Source: an uncultured Acidobacteriota bacterium (GTDB lineage: Bacteria; Acidobacteriota; Vicinamibacteria; Vicinamibacterales; 2-12-FULL-66-21). Taken from it: a stretch of DNA of 64,000 bases. Shown piece by piece: positions 11,222-21,852 of this stretch (position 1 is its first letter; every line of letters starts with the position of its first letter). The notes beneath the pieces are model-generated. The model worked only from the letters and a program-made list of their open reading frames with translations. It was not told where the DNA came from and did not search any database. The stretch covers positions 500-64,499 of the forward strand of contig CAVVSR010000017.1 of NCBI GenBank assembly GCA_963750935.1, in the 5' to 3' direction. The position numbers and the translations under genes are program-made.

Positions 11222-11863
11222 TCACTCCTTCTGTCGAAACGTTCTGAGGATCGTCTCCGCTTGCGGCCGCGCCGATCGCAGCCGCGTCCGTTCGGCGAGG
11301 ACGATGGCGCGCAGCCGATCGACGCACGCCTCGAGCTCGTCGTTCACGATGACGTAGTCGTATGCCGTGAACGCGGCGACCTCGTCGCGAGCCGTCTGCA
11401 GCCGGCGCTGCATGGCGGCTTCGGGATCCTTGCTGCGGCCGCGCAGCCGCTGCTCCAGCACCGCGAACGACGGGGGCATCACGAAGACCCCCACGGTGTC
11501 GGCGAAGCGCATGCGCACCTGCCTGGCGCCCTGGACGTCAATGACCAGGACCAGGTCGCGGCCGGCCTGCAGTTCCCGCTCCGCGTCGGCCCTGCACGTC
11601 CCGTAGAGGTTGCCGAACACGTCCGCCCATTCCAGGAAGGCGTCCGCCGCGATCATCTCCTCGAACCGGGAGCGGGATACGAAATTATAGTCCACGCCGT
11701 CGAGCTCACCGGGGCGGGCCGCCCGCGACGTGTAGGACCTCGACAGCGCCAGGTCCGGCACGATCTGCACCAGGCGCTCGACTACCGTCGTCTTGCCCGT
11801 GCCCGACGGGGCCGACACGACAAAGAGGAGGCCGCGCCTGGCGGCGGCCTCCTCACTCGACAT
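11222..11863 (-). CDS. gmk: guanylate kinase
   Basis: P-loop SAPSGTGKTT, SYTSRAARPGELDGVDYNFVS. Intact 213 aa. Confidence 0.95.
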   Translation of the reverse strand: MSSEEAAARRGLLFVVSAPSGTGKTTVVERLVQIVPDLALSRSYTSRAARPGELDGVDYNFVSRSRFEEMIAADAFLEWADVFGNLYGTCRADAERELQAGRDLVLVIDVQGARQVRMRFADTVGVFVMPPSFAVLEQRLRGRSKDPEAAMQRRLQTARDEVAAFTAYDYVIVNDELEACVDRLRAIVLAERTRLRSARPQAETILRTFRQKE

Positions 11864-12752
11864 TCTGCACCTGCTCCCGCATCTTCTCCAGTTCCGCCTT
11901 GAGGGTGACGATCAGCTCGGTCACCGCCGGCCCCTCCGCCTTCGAGCCGGTCGTGTTCACTTCGCGGTTCATCTCCTGCAGCAGGAAGTCGAGCTTCCGG
12001 CCACACGGCTCGGGCGAGTCCGTCAGGGCCTGCCAGTGCTCGAGATGCCCGCGGAACCGCACGACTTCCTCCGTGATGTCGGAGCGACCGACGAACCGGG
12101 CGATCTCCTGCGCAATCAGACCCTCGTCGGCCAGCGAGTCGGCCCGCAGCTCGCGGACACGCTCGCCGAGGCGGCCACGCAGCGCGTCGAGCGCCTCTTC
12201 CGCCAGGGCGGCGACCCGTTCGTACAGCTCGCCGAGCTGCTGCCGGCGTGCGTCCAGCTCGGTGCGCAGGAATCCGCCTTCCCTGACCCGCATCGTGTCG
12301 AGCTCGTCGAGCGCCGCGCCGACCGCTTCTTCGACCCGCTCCCCCAGCCGCTCGATCTGATCGTCGTGGGCCGAGGGATCCTCCGGCTTGTCCCGGATCG
12401 CCAGCGCCTGCGGAAACCGCAGCAGGTCGCCCGGCGTCATCGTCCCCTGGATGTAACCCTGCTCGCGGGCGCGGTCGAGGGCGGCGGTCAGCGCCTGCAG
12501 GAAGGTCTCGTTCAGCTCGACCTCGAGCGATGGCACCCGGCGCTGCTGCACCGACACCGCGATCTCGACCCGGCCTCGTGCGACGCGCTGCTGCACCAGC
12601 GCCCGGAGCTTCGATTCGATCGTCGCCAGCGACGCCGGCGTCCGCAGCTGGAGATCGAGGAAGCGATGGTTGACCGATCGGATCGTGACCGTAATCGTCG
12701 CCGCCTCGTCGTCGCGAGTCAACGAGGCGAAGCCGGTCATGCTCTTGATCAC
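11853..12752 (-). CDS. YicC-family stress-induced protein
   Basis: MIKSMTGFAS N-terminus, SVNHRFLDL, and a C-terminal DITEEVVRFRGH...EMNREVNT. This is typical YicC_N/DUF1732 architecture. Confidence 0.9.
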   Translation of the reverse strand: MIKSMTGFASLTRDDEAATITVTIRSVNHRFLDLQLRTPASLATIESKLRALVQQRVARGRVEIAVSVQQRRVPSLEVELNETFLQALTAALDRAREQGYIQGTMTPGDLLRFPQALAIRDKPEDPSAHDDQIERLGERVEEAVGAALDELDTMRVREGGFLRTELDARRQQLGELYERVAALAEEALDALRGRLGERVRELRADSLADEGLIAQEIARFVGRSDITEEVVRFRGHLEHWQALTDSPEPCGRKLDFLLQEMNREVNTTGSKAEGPAVTELIVTLKAELEKMREQVQNVE

Positions 12753-12764
12753 TCTGTTGTCCTT

Positions 12765-14538
12765 CTACTTGACGGCCGGAGTCTGGGCGTCCTCGCGCTC
12801 GAACGCCTGCAGCGCGTAGAGCTTGGCATAGACGCTGTCCGGCTTGGCCAGCAGCTCGTCGTGCCGGCCGATCTCGGCGACGCGTCCGCGCTCGAGCGCC
12901 ACGATGACGTCGGCACGCCGGACCGTCGAGAGCCGGTGCGCGATCACGAAGGCCGTCCTGTTGCGCATCAGGTTCGCCAGCGCGTCCTGCACCAGCTGCT
13001 CGGACTCGGCATCCAGCGCCGACGTCGCCTCGTCCAGGATCAGGATCGGCGAGTTCTTCAACAGGGCCCTGGCGATGGCCAGCCGCTGCCGCTGCCCGCC
13101 CGACAGCTTCTGGCCGCGTTCGCCGATGCGTGTCTCGTAGCCGTTCGGCTGCTGCAGGATGAATTCGTGTGCGTGCGCCGCTCGCGCCGCGGACTCGATC
13201 TCCGCCGCCGACGCGTCCGGTGAGCCGTAGGCGATGTTCGACGCGATCGTCTCGTCGAACAACACGGTCTCCTGCGTCACGATCCCGACCTGCGCACGCA
13301 GCGACCACAGCGTGACGTCGCGCACGTCGACGTCGTCGATCAGCACCGTCCCCGCCGGTGACGTCGTAGAACCGCGGAATCAGGTTGACGAGCGTCGTCT
13401 TGCCGGCGCCGCTGAGGCCGACGATGGCCACCACCTGGCCGGCCCCGACGCGGAACGACACGTCCCGGAGGATCGGCGTTTCGGCGTCGTCGTAGGCGAA
13501 GGCGACGTTGCGGAACTCGACACTCCGTCGAAGCGGCTGGAGCGGCTTCGCGCCTTCACGCTCCTTCACTTCGGTATGGCGGTCGAGCAGATGGAAGATG
13601 CGCTCGGACGCGGCCAGCGCCTGCTGCAGCGTGGTGTTGACGCGGCTCAGCTTCTTGATCGGCGTGTACATCATGAACGCCGCGAAGATGAAGCCGAGGA
13701 ACGTGCCCTGCGACGTGTCACCGCCGCCGATGCGCGAACTGCCGTACCAGATCAGCGCGACAACCGCGATGCCGCCGAGGAACTCCATGAGCGGCGGAAG
13801 CAGCGCCACCGTGCTCGTGATCTTGAGGTTGGTCCGGTACAGCAGCTCCGCGGCCCGGCCGAAGCGGCGGCTCTCGTGAGCTTCGGCGCCGAAGGCCTTG
13901 ACGATCCGATGGCCGGTGAAGGCTTCGGCCGCGATGTGCGACAGATGTTCGAGCTCTTCCTGGCTCCGGCGCGTGCTGCGGCGCACGCGCTGGCCGAGCC
14001 GGACGAGCGGATACACCACGATCGGCGCCCCCGTCACGAAGACGAGCGCCAGGTTGTGATCCCACCAGAACAGCAGCACGGCGTAGCCGATGAGGGCCAG
14101 CCCCTCGCGCATCAGATCGCCGACGGTCTCGGAGACCGCCTGCTGCACCTGCGCGACGTCGTTGGTGATGCGCGACATCAGCTGGCCGGTGGAGCGCCTG
14201 CTGAAGAACGCCGCCGACTGCGCCAGGATGTGGCGGAACAGCTGATCGCGCAGATCGCGGACGACGCGCTGCCCGATGTCCGTCATCAGGTACGCGGACA
14301 GGTAGGCGCCCAGTCCCTTGACCAGGTACGCGACCAGCACCGCGACCGACCAGAACACCAGGTCGGGCGGCAGCGAGGGATCGGGCCGGTTCGGCTGCAG
14401 CCCGTGGTCGATGATCGGCTTGATGAGGTACGCGACTCCGGCGGAGGCGACGGCATACAGCAGCATCGCCAGGAACGCGACGACGAAGCGCCCCTGGTAG
14501 CGGCTGGTGTAGCCGAGGAGTCGAGGAAGTGCGCTCAC
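12765..14538 (-). pseudogene. MsbA-like ABC exporter (fused permease/ATPase), one frame break as sequenced
   Basis: A six-TM exporter domain and Walker A GLSGAGKTT lie in the ORF from 14538. The LSGGQRQR signature and Walker B ILILDEATSALD lie in ORF 12765..13346. The pieces join at ...RFYDVTGG|VLIDDVDVRD. The break is at the CCCC run 13350-13353, and removing one base restores the frame. Confidence 0.9.
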
Positions 14539-15245
14539 TCGGTAAACCGGAATTTGAACAGCACCCAGAGCGCCACGAAGCCGTCGCGCCAGGTAATCTT
14601 CTTCCCTTCGTCGTAGCCGCGCCCGTCGTAGGTGATCGGGACTTCGTAGACGCGGTATTGCCGCTTGAAGATCTTCGCCGTCATCTCGGGCTCGATGCCG
14701 AAGCCGTCCGCCTCGAGCGTCATCGAGCGGAGCACTTCCGTCCGCATCACCTTGTAGCAGGTCTCCATGTCGGAGAGCATGGTGTTGTAGAGGACGTTGG
14801 TGACGAGCGTCAGGAACCGGTTGCCGGCGTAGTGCGTGAACATGAACACGCGATGCCGGCCGAGGAACCGCGACCCGTAGACGACGTCGGCGCGGCCCTC
14901 GACGATCAACTCGATGAGCTGCGGGAACTCTTCGGGGGAGTACTCGAGATCGGCGTCCTGGATCACGACGAGATCCCCGGTCACCTCCTGGAAGCCCCGC
15001 CGCAGCGCCGCTCCCTTGCCGCCGTTCTGGGTCTGGAAAATCAGCTTGAACTTCAGCTCCTGGGCGAGCGTCGTGAGGATGTCGCGCGTGCCGTCCTTCG
15101 AGCCGTCGTCCACGACGATGAGCTCGGTGCGGATCGGCACCGCGAGCACGCGCCGGATGATCTCCTCGATCGTCGTGCGCTCGTTGTAACAGGGCATGAC
15201 GACCGATAGCAGCGGATCGGTCAGCTGGCCGAGTATTCGAGACAT
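14535..15245 (-). CDS. family 2 glycosyltransferase (polyprenol-phosphate sugar synthase-like)
   Basis: VVMPCYNE, VVDDGSKDGT and QDADLEY (DxD). GTGA overlap with the ABC exporter start. Confidence 0.85.
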   Translation of the reverse strand: MSRILGQLTDPLLSVVMPCYNERTTIEEIIRRVLAVPIRTELIVVDDGSKDGTRDILTTLAQELKFKLIFQTQNGGKGAALRRGFQEVTGDLVVIQDADLEYSPEEFPQLIELIVEGRADVVYGSRFLGRHRVFMFTHYAGNRFLTLVTNVLYNTMLSDMETCYKVMRTEVLRSMTLEADGFGIEPEMTAKIFKRQYRVYEVPITYDGRGYDEGKKITWRDGFVALWVLFKFRFTE

Positions 15246-16260
15246 CTACGCATTCACCTTGGCTGTGTAGCCGTGAGGGTGGCGCTCACGCCAGCGCCAG
15301 GCGGTTTCCACGATCGTGTCGAGATCTTCGGTACTGCGGCGACCACGCGAGCTCGCGGCGGATGCGCTCGCTCGAGGCGAACAGGACCGCCGGGTCCCCT
15401 TCCCGCCTCGCACCGGCGGTGAACGGCACCGGATGTCCCGTCACGCGCTCGACCGATTCGAGGATCGCGCGAACCGACGTCGGCCGGCCGTTGCCGAGGT
15501 TGTAGACGGTGGTCTCCGCACCGCCGCGCAGCGCCTGCACGGCGGCGAGATGCGCGGCCGCCAGATCGGTGACGTGGACGTAGTCCCGCAGGCACGTGCC
15601 GTCGGGCGTGTCGTAGTCCTCGCCAAAGAGCTGGAACGTGCCGCGCCCCAGCGCGGCGTCGATGGCCTTGGGAATGACGTGATATTCGGGGTCGTGGTGC
15701 TCGCCGAGCGCGCCGTCCGGATCGGCCCCCGCCGCGTTGAAGTACCGCAGCGCCATGGACTGGATGCCGTAGGCGCGCGCGAAGTGCGGCAGCGCCCGTT
15801 CGACGGCCAGCTTGGTCTCGCCGTAGGCGTTGATCGGCTGCTTCGGGTGGTCCTCGGTGATCGGCGTCGTCAGCGGGTTGCCGAACACGGCGGCGGTCGA
15901 GGAAAACACCAGGTACTTGGCGCCCCCGGCGATCATCGCCTCGAGCACCGACAGGCTGCCGATGACGTTGTTGCGGTAGTAGCCAGCCGGGTTGCGCACG
16001 GACTCGCCGACCGACAGCGAGGCGGCGAAGTGCATGACCGCATCGACCCGGTTGGCGCGAATCGTCTCGACGAGCAGCGCCGTGTCGAGCACGTCGCCCT
16101 CGACGATGCGGGATCGCTCCCCGCCCGCCCGTTGCGCCGCTTCCCGGTGACCGGCCGACAGGTTGTCGTAGATGACGACAGGATGACCGGCCTGGACCAG
16201 GGCCTTGACCGCGTGGCTGCCGATGTAGCCGGCGCCACCGGTCACCAGCACTCCGCTCAC
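15246..16260 (-). pseudogene. galE: UDP-glucose 4-epimerase, frame break 23 codons before the end
   Basis: VTGGAGYIGSH Rossmann motif and YGETK catalytic tetrad. At GG 15330-15331 the frame shifts. The next frame reads EDLDTIVETAWRWRERHPHGY..*, the typical GalE C-terminus, with a stop at 15246-15248. The GTG start overlaps the ugd stop (GTGA). Confidence 0.9.
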
Positions 16261-17556
16261 GGTCGCCCCATCGACACGTAGGTGAACCCCTGGGCGCGAA
16301 TCTGGTCGGGGCTGTAGATGTTGCGGCCGTCGAAGATGATCGGGTTGCGCATCAGCTTCCGCATCCGCCCGTAGTCCGGCTCGCGGAACTCGTTCCACTC
16401 CGTCACGATGACGAGGGCGTCGGCGCCGGTCAACGCGGCGTAGCTGCTGCTGGCGAAGGTGATGTCCGAGCCGAAGATCGACTTCGCGACCTTCATCGCT
16501 TCCGGATCGTAGGCGTGCACCGTGGCGCCGGCCGCGAGCAGGCCGCGGATCAGCGGCACCGCCGGCGCTTCGCGCATGTCGTCGGTGCGCGGCTTGAACG
16601 CCAGGCCCCAGACCGCGATCCGCTTGCCCTTGAGCGAGCCGAAGTGTCCCTTGAGCTTGTCGAGCAGCCGCGTCTTCTGGCGGTCGTTCACCGCCTCGAC
16701 CGCGTGCAGGATCTTGAACTCGTAGTCCTGGGCCCCCGCGAACTGCAGCATCGCCTTCACGTCTTTCGGGAAGCAGCTGCCGCCGTAGCCGACGCCCGGG
16801 AAACAGGAACGACGGACCGATGCGCCGGTCCGACGCCACCGCGAGGCGGACCTGGTCGACGTTCGCGCCGACCGCCTCACAGACGTTCGACACTTCGTTC
16901 ATGAAGGAGATGCGCGTCGCGAGCATCGCGTTCGCAGCATATTTGCACAGCTCGGCGCTGGCGCAGTCCATCATCATGATCGGCGCGCCGGTGCGGGTGA
17001 ACGGGGCGTAGAGCTCCTTCATCAACTCGGCGGCCCGAGGGTCCTCGGCGCCGATGACGACGCGATCCGGCTTCATGAAGTCGTCGATGGCCGCGCCCTG
17101 CTTCAGGAACTCGGGATTGCTGACCACGCTGAAGGGGTGCGTGGTCTCGCGGCGGATGACGTCGCGGACCTTGGCCGCGGTGCCCACCGGCACCGTGCTC
17201 TTGTTGACGATCACCTTGTAGCCGTTCATCGCCTTGGCCAGGTCGCGCGCGACCCCCATGACGTGCTGCAGGTCCGCCGAGCCGTCCTCGCCGGTCGGCG
17301 TGCCGACCGCGATGAAGATGATCTGGGAGTTCCGGACGCCGCGATCGAGCGCGGTGGTGAAGGTGAGGCGTTTCTCGGCGGTATTGCGCTTGACGAGCTC
17401 CTCGAGGCCCGGTTCGTAGATCGGAATCTTGCCTCGTTGCAGCGCCCGGACCTTCGCCGGGTCCTTGTCCACGCAGATGACCGTATTGCCGTTCTCAGCC
17501 AGGCAGGCACCGGCAACCAGCCCGACGTACCCGCTCCCGACTACCGCGATTTTCAT
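16257..17556 (-). pseudogene. ugd: UDP-glucose 6-dehydrogenase, one frame break as sequenced
   Basis: MKIAVVGSGYVGLV N-terminus. The catalytic GGSCFPKD is in the second piece (ORF 16257..16880). The pieces join at ...IGPSFLFPG|VGYGGSCFPKD, at CCCGGG 16795-16800. Confidence 0.9.
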
Positions 17557-17654
17557 TCGTGCCGTCTCCCCCGCGAATACAAACTCTTAAAGGTAGCACA
17601 GCCGAAAAAACATAATCAAGCTATTGAAGAACAAGGAGTTGGCGTCCCGCCGGG

Positions 17655-18809
17655 GTGGCCGGTCCACTGTGGTACGATGCCGCGCGCGTGCGGATCCTGA
17701 TCGATTATCGGCCCGCGCTTCGGGAACGCACCGGCGTCGGCCAGTATGTGCACGAGCTGGCGGCCGCCCTCCAGCGCCAGCTGCTCCCTTCCGACCGCCT
17801 CGTCCTGTTCTCGAGCTCGTGGAAGGACCGGCTCCAGCCCGATCGGATTCCGGGTGCCGCCCACGTGGACGCGCGCATTCCGGTCAAGGCGCTCAACTTC
17901 TCCTGGCACCGCCTGGAATGGCCGCCGGTCGAGATGATCGCCGGATCCGCCGACATCGCCCACTCGCTCCATCCGCTCCTGATGCCGACCCGCGCCGCCG
18001 CCCAGGCGGTCACGATCCACGATCTCGACTTCCTGGACCATCCCGGCCGGACGCGCGCCGAAATCCGTCGCGACTACCCGGCGCTGGCCGCGGCCCATGC
18101 GACGCGCGCGGATCTCGTCATCGTGAACTCGCGCTATACCGCCAGCTCGGTCGCGTCGCGGCTCGGCGTCCGGGCCGACCGGCTGGTCGTGTGCCGGCCA
18201 GGGGCCCCCTCGGACCTCGCTCCTCGCGACACCCCGAGCGCCATCGGTCCGATCCTGTTCGTGGGCACGATCGAGCCCCGGAAGAACCTGCCGGCGTTGT
18301 TCTCCGCCTACGAAGAACTTGTCCGCATCCGGCCCGATGCGCCGGATCTGCTTCTGGCGGGCAAGATCGTCGAGCACTCGGCATCGATCCTCGCCGCGGT
18401 GGAGAGCCATCCCGTGCTGGCCCGGCGCGTCCGCCATCTGGGCTACGTCAGCGACGCGGAGCGCCACGCCCTGTATCGCGAGGCGTCCATGCTGGTGCTG
18501 CCGTCGCTCGACGAGGGGTTCGGCCTGACCGCGCTGGAAGCGATGCACGTCGGCGTCCCGGTCGTGGCCTCCAATCGTGGCGCGCTGCCCGAAGTTCTCG
18601 GGAACGCCGGTCAGCTCGTCGACCCGCTCAAGGCCGACGCGATCACCGCGGCCATCCTCAGGCTGCTCGACCATCCCGGCCTGCGCGCCGAACAGACCCA
18701 GGCCGGACGCGCTCGTGCCCGCGAGTTCAGCTGGTCGGAAAGCGCCGGGCGGCTGATCGACGCGTATCGCCAGACCCTGGCCCAACGCCGCGCGGGAGTG
18801 CAGTGCTGA
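17655..18809 (+). CDS. family 4 glycosyltransferase
   Basis: GT-B fold with LPSLDEGFGLTALEAM (E-x7-E region). The likely true start is the GTG at 17688 (VRILIDYRPAL). Confidence 0.85.
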   Translation: MAGPLWYDAARVRILIDYRPALRERTGVGQYVHELAAALQRQLLPSDRLVLFSSSWKDRLQPDRIPGAAHVDARIPVKALNFSWHRLEWPPVEMIAGSADIAHSLHPLLMPTRAAAQAVTIHDLDFLDHPGRTRAEIRRDYPALAAAHATRADLVIVNSRYTASSVASRLGVRADRLVVCRPGAPSDLAPRDTPSAIGPILFVGTIEPRKNLPALFSAYEELVRIRPDAPDLLLAGKIVEHSASILAAVESHPVLARRVRHLGYVSDAERHALYREASMLVLPSLDEGFGLTALEAMHVGVPVVASNRGALPEVLGNAGQLVDPLKADAITAAILRLLDHPGLRAEQTQAGRARAREFSWSESAGRLIDAYRQTLAQRRAGVQC

Positions 18810-19888
18810 CGATCGGCGTGGACGCGCGGGAACTGCTCGGCGATACGACTGGCGTGGGCCGGTATCTCGGGGAGCTGCTCCGCCGATGGACGGCGCGGCC
18901 CGACGCCTCGCGCCGGCGGTTCGTGCTGTACGCGCCCGAGCGGGTTCCGCTGCCGCTGCCGGCCGACACCGTCGAGCACCGCCCGATCGGCGAGGGTCGC
19001 GGCACGTGGTGGGAACAGACGACGCTTCGGACCGCGGTGCGGCTGGAGGCGCCGGATATCTTCTTCGCACCGGCGTACACGGCGCCGCTCGGGATCAAGG
19101 TTCCACTGGCGCTGACTATCCACGACGTGTCGTTCCTGGCGCATCCGGAGTGGTTTCGGCCGCGCGAGCGGTTCCGGCGTCGCTTCATCACGTCCCGGTC
19201 GGCCGCCGCCGCCTCGGTCATCTTCACGGACTCCGAGTTCTCGCGAGCCGAGATCGAGCAACATCTTCGTGTGCCTCCGGATCGCATCCGCGTCATTCCG
19301 CCTGGCGTCAGCCCCCGCCATCGGGGACCGGTCGCGGCGGATTCGCGCGAGCCGCTGGTGCTCTACGTCGGCTCGATCTTCAACCGGCGGCGCCTTCCCG
19401 ACCTCATCGCCGCCTTCGCGCGCGCCACCGCCGCCCTTCCCACCGCACGTCTCGTCATCGTCGGCGACAACCGCACCTGGCCGCGCCAGAACCTCGAGGA
19501 GATCGCCGCGTCGCAGGGCGTCGGTGCGCGGGTCGAGCTGCGCAACTACGTGGACGAGGAGACGCTGGCGTCGCTCTATGCGCGGGCGTCCGCGTTCGCC
19601 TTCCTGTCGGAATATGAGGGTTTCGGTCTGACGCCGCTGGAGGCCCTGGCGGCAGGAGTGCCGATCGTGGTCCTGGACACCGCGGTCGCGCGCGAGGTCT
19701 ACGGGCCCGCGGCTACCTACGTCGAGCCGGGCGACATCGACGGCACGGCAGGCGCTCTTCGTTCCCTGCTCGCCCACTTTGGCACGTCGGCGACGATGCG
19801 GGAGGCGGGCGGGGTGCTGGCGCGCTATTCGTGGGATCGGGCCGCCGACGAGACCTTGTCGGCGATCGAGCGGGTGGCGGCACAGTGA
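18803..19888 (+). CDS. family 4 glycosyltransferase
   Basis: The in-frame GTG at 18803 overlaps the upstream stop. VLTIGVDARELLGDTTGVGRYL...FLSEYEGFGLTPLEAL. This is the C-terminal part of ORF 17624..19888. Confidence 0.85.
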   Translation: MLTIGVDARELLGDTTGVGRYLGELLRRWTARPDASRRRFVLYAPERVPLPLPADTVEHRPIGEGRGTWWEQTTLRTAVRLEAPDIFFAPAYTAPLGIKVPLALTIHDVSFLAHPEWFRPRERFRRRFITSRSAAAASVIFTDSEFSRAEIEQHLRVPPDRIRVIPPGVSPRHRGPVAADSREPLVLYVGSIFNRRRLPDLIAAFARATAALPTARLVIVGDNRTWPRQNLEEIAASQGVGARVELRNYVDEETLASLYARASAFAFLSEYEGFGLTPLEALAAGVPIVVLDTAVAREVYGPAATYVEPGDIDGTAGALRSLLAHFGTSATMREAGGVLARYSWDRAADETLSAIERVAAQ

Positions 19889-20724
19889 CCCGCACACAGG
19901 CGCCGGAACTGGCGATCATCATCGTCAACTTCAACAACCGCGAGGATCTGCTCGGCTGCCTGGAGTCGCTGACGGCACAGCCGCCGGCGGTGACGCACGA
20001 GATCGTCCTGGTCGACAACGCGTCGACCGATGGCAGCGTTGACGCGGTGCGCTCGCGATTTCCGGGCGTGCGCGTCGTCGTGCTGGAGCGGAACCTCGGC
20101 TTCGCCGGCGCCAACAACGTCGGCATCCGCGCGACGTCGTCCGAGCTGGTGCTGTTGTTGAACAGCGATACGCTCGTCCCGCCCGGCGCGCTCGACGTGC
20201 TGGTCGGCCGGCTGCGTGCGCATCCTGACGCCGCGGTGGCCGGCCCGCGGCTGATCGACGGCGACGGCCGCGCCGAGTTGTCGTTCGGCCCGATGATCGC
20301 GCCGCTCGCGGAGTTGAGGCAGAAGCTCGTGAACGCGGGCCATCAGCGCGGCGTCGGGCCAGTCACCCGCTACGTCGAGCGCATCACCCGGGTGGAACGC
20401 TTCGTCGACTGGGTCAGTGGCGCGGCCCTGCTCGTCTGCCGTCGCGACGCCGAAGCGGTCGGCCTGATCGACGAGCGCTACTTCATCTACACGGAGGACG
20501 TCGACTTCTGCGCCGCGATTCGCGCGCGCGGGCGGCGCATCCTGTTCGCGCCGGCGGCGACGATTACGCACCTGCGCGGCCGGGTCCGCGCCAAGGCGCC
20601 GGTCATGCTGAACCTCGCCTACCGGCGCAGCCACGTCGCGTTCTACGAGAAGCATCACCCGCGCTGGGCGCCCCTGCTGCGGCTCTACCTGCGGCTGAAG
20701 GGGCAACTCCCGGACCGGAGTTGA
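19885..20724 (+). CDS. family 2 glycosyltransferase
   Basis: The GTG at 19885 overlaps the upstream TGA. AIIIVNFNNREDL, VDNASTDGS and a rhamnosyltransferase-like core (FAGANN...NSDT...EDVDFC). Confidence 0.85.
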   Translation: MTRTQAPELAIIIVNFNNREDLLGCLESLTAQPPAVTHEIVLVDNASTDGSVDAVRSRFPGVRVVVLERNLGFAGANNVGIRATSSELVLLLNSDTLVPPGALDVLVGRLRAHPDAAVAGPRLIDGDGRAELSFGPMIAPLAELRQKLVNAGHQRGVGPVTRYVERITRVERFVDWVSGAALLVCRRDAEAVGLIDERYFIYTEDVDFCAAIRARGRRILFAPAATITHLRGRVRAKAPVMLNLAYRRSHVAFYEKHHPRWAPLLRLYLRLKGQLPDRS

Positions 20725-20739
20725 TACCATGCTGCTCTC

Positions 20740-21852
20740 GTGCGAATAGCGATCGACGCCCGCAAGCTGCGCGACTACGGCATCGGGACCTACATCCGCA
20801 ATCTGCTGCGTCACCTGGCGCGCCTGGATGATCGGACCGAGTACGTCGTGCTGTGCCGGCAGGAGGACATCGCGTTCGCGACGGAGCTCGGCGAGAACTT
20901 CCGGGCGGTTCCCGAGCGATCCCGCGGCTACTCGATTCGCGAACAGATTGCCGTGCCGCTCGATCTGCGCCGCGAGGCGGCCGATCTGTTCCACGCGCCG
21001 CATTACGTGCTGCCGCCGCTGACGCCGTGCCGCTCGGTGGTGACGATCCACGACTGCATCCACCTGCGGTTCCCGCAGTACCTGCCCAACCGGCTCGGCT
21101 ACGCCTACGCGCGCAGCTCGCTGTGGGTCGCGGCGCACCGGTCGGCGCGCGTGCTGACGGTGTCGGAAGCGTCGAAGCGGGACATCCTGCGCTACTTCCG
21201 GATCCCGGAGTCGAAGGTCACGGTGATCTACAACGCCATCGACGAGCGGTTCAACGAGGAGCCGCCGGCCGACGAGGTCATGCGGGTGCGTGAGCGCTAC
21301 CAGCTGAACGACCCGTTCGTGCTGTATGCGGGCAACATCAAGCCGCACAAGAACCTCGAGCGGCTGATCGAGGCGTTCCACATCATCCGGCGCGGCGAGC
21401 TCGAATCCGTCAAGCTCCTGATCATCGGCGACGAGATCTCGAAGTACGCGGCGCTGCGGCGCACGGTGCACCGCTACAAGCTGCACAAGCACGTGCGCTT
21501 CTTCGGGTTCGTTCCGGACGCGACGCTGGCGATCCTCTACCGGCTGGCGCGCGTGTTCGTGTTCCCGTCGCTCTACGAAGGGTTCGGGCTGCCGCCGCTC
21601 GAGGCGATGGCCAGCGGCACGCCGGTCATCACCTCCAACGTCTCGTCGCTGCCCGAGGTGGTGGGCGACGCCGCGATGCTGATCGATCCCTACGAGCCGG
21701 ACGCGATCGCCGGGGCCATGCGCCGCGTCCTCGCCGACGATCGGCTGCGCGACGACATGCGCGAGCGCGGCCTTGCCCGGGTCCGCGAGTTCTCGTGGGA
21801 CCGATCGGTCCGCCGGGTTCGTGAGATCTACGACGAGGTGCTCGCCGAGTGA
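20740..21852 (+). CDS. family 4 glycosyltransferase
   Basis: [18 protein letters not shown]...[23 protein letters not shown]. Confidence 0.85.
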   Translation: MRIAIDARKLRDYGIGTYIRNLLRHLARLDDRTEYVVLCRQEDIAFATELGENFRAVPERSRGYSIREQIAVPLDLRREAADLFHAPHYVLPPLTPCRSVVTIHDCIHLRFPQYLPNRLGYAYARSSLWVAAHRSARVLTVSEASKRDILRYFRIPESKVTVIYNAIDERFNEEPPADEVMRVRERYQLNDPFVLYAGNIKPHKNLERLIEAFHIIRRGELESVKLLIIGDEISKYAALRRTVHRYKLHKHVRFFGFVPDATLAILYRLARVFVFPSLYEGFGLPPLEAMASGTPVITSNVSSLPEVVGDAAMLIDPYEPDAIAGAMRRVLADDRLRDDMRERGLARVREFSWDRSVRRVREIYDEVLAE

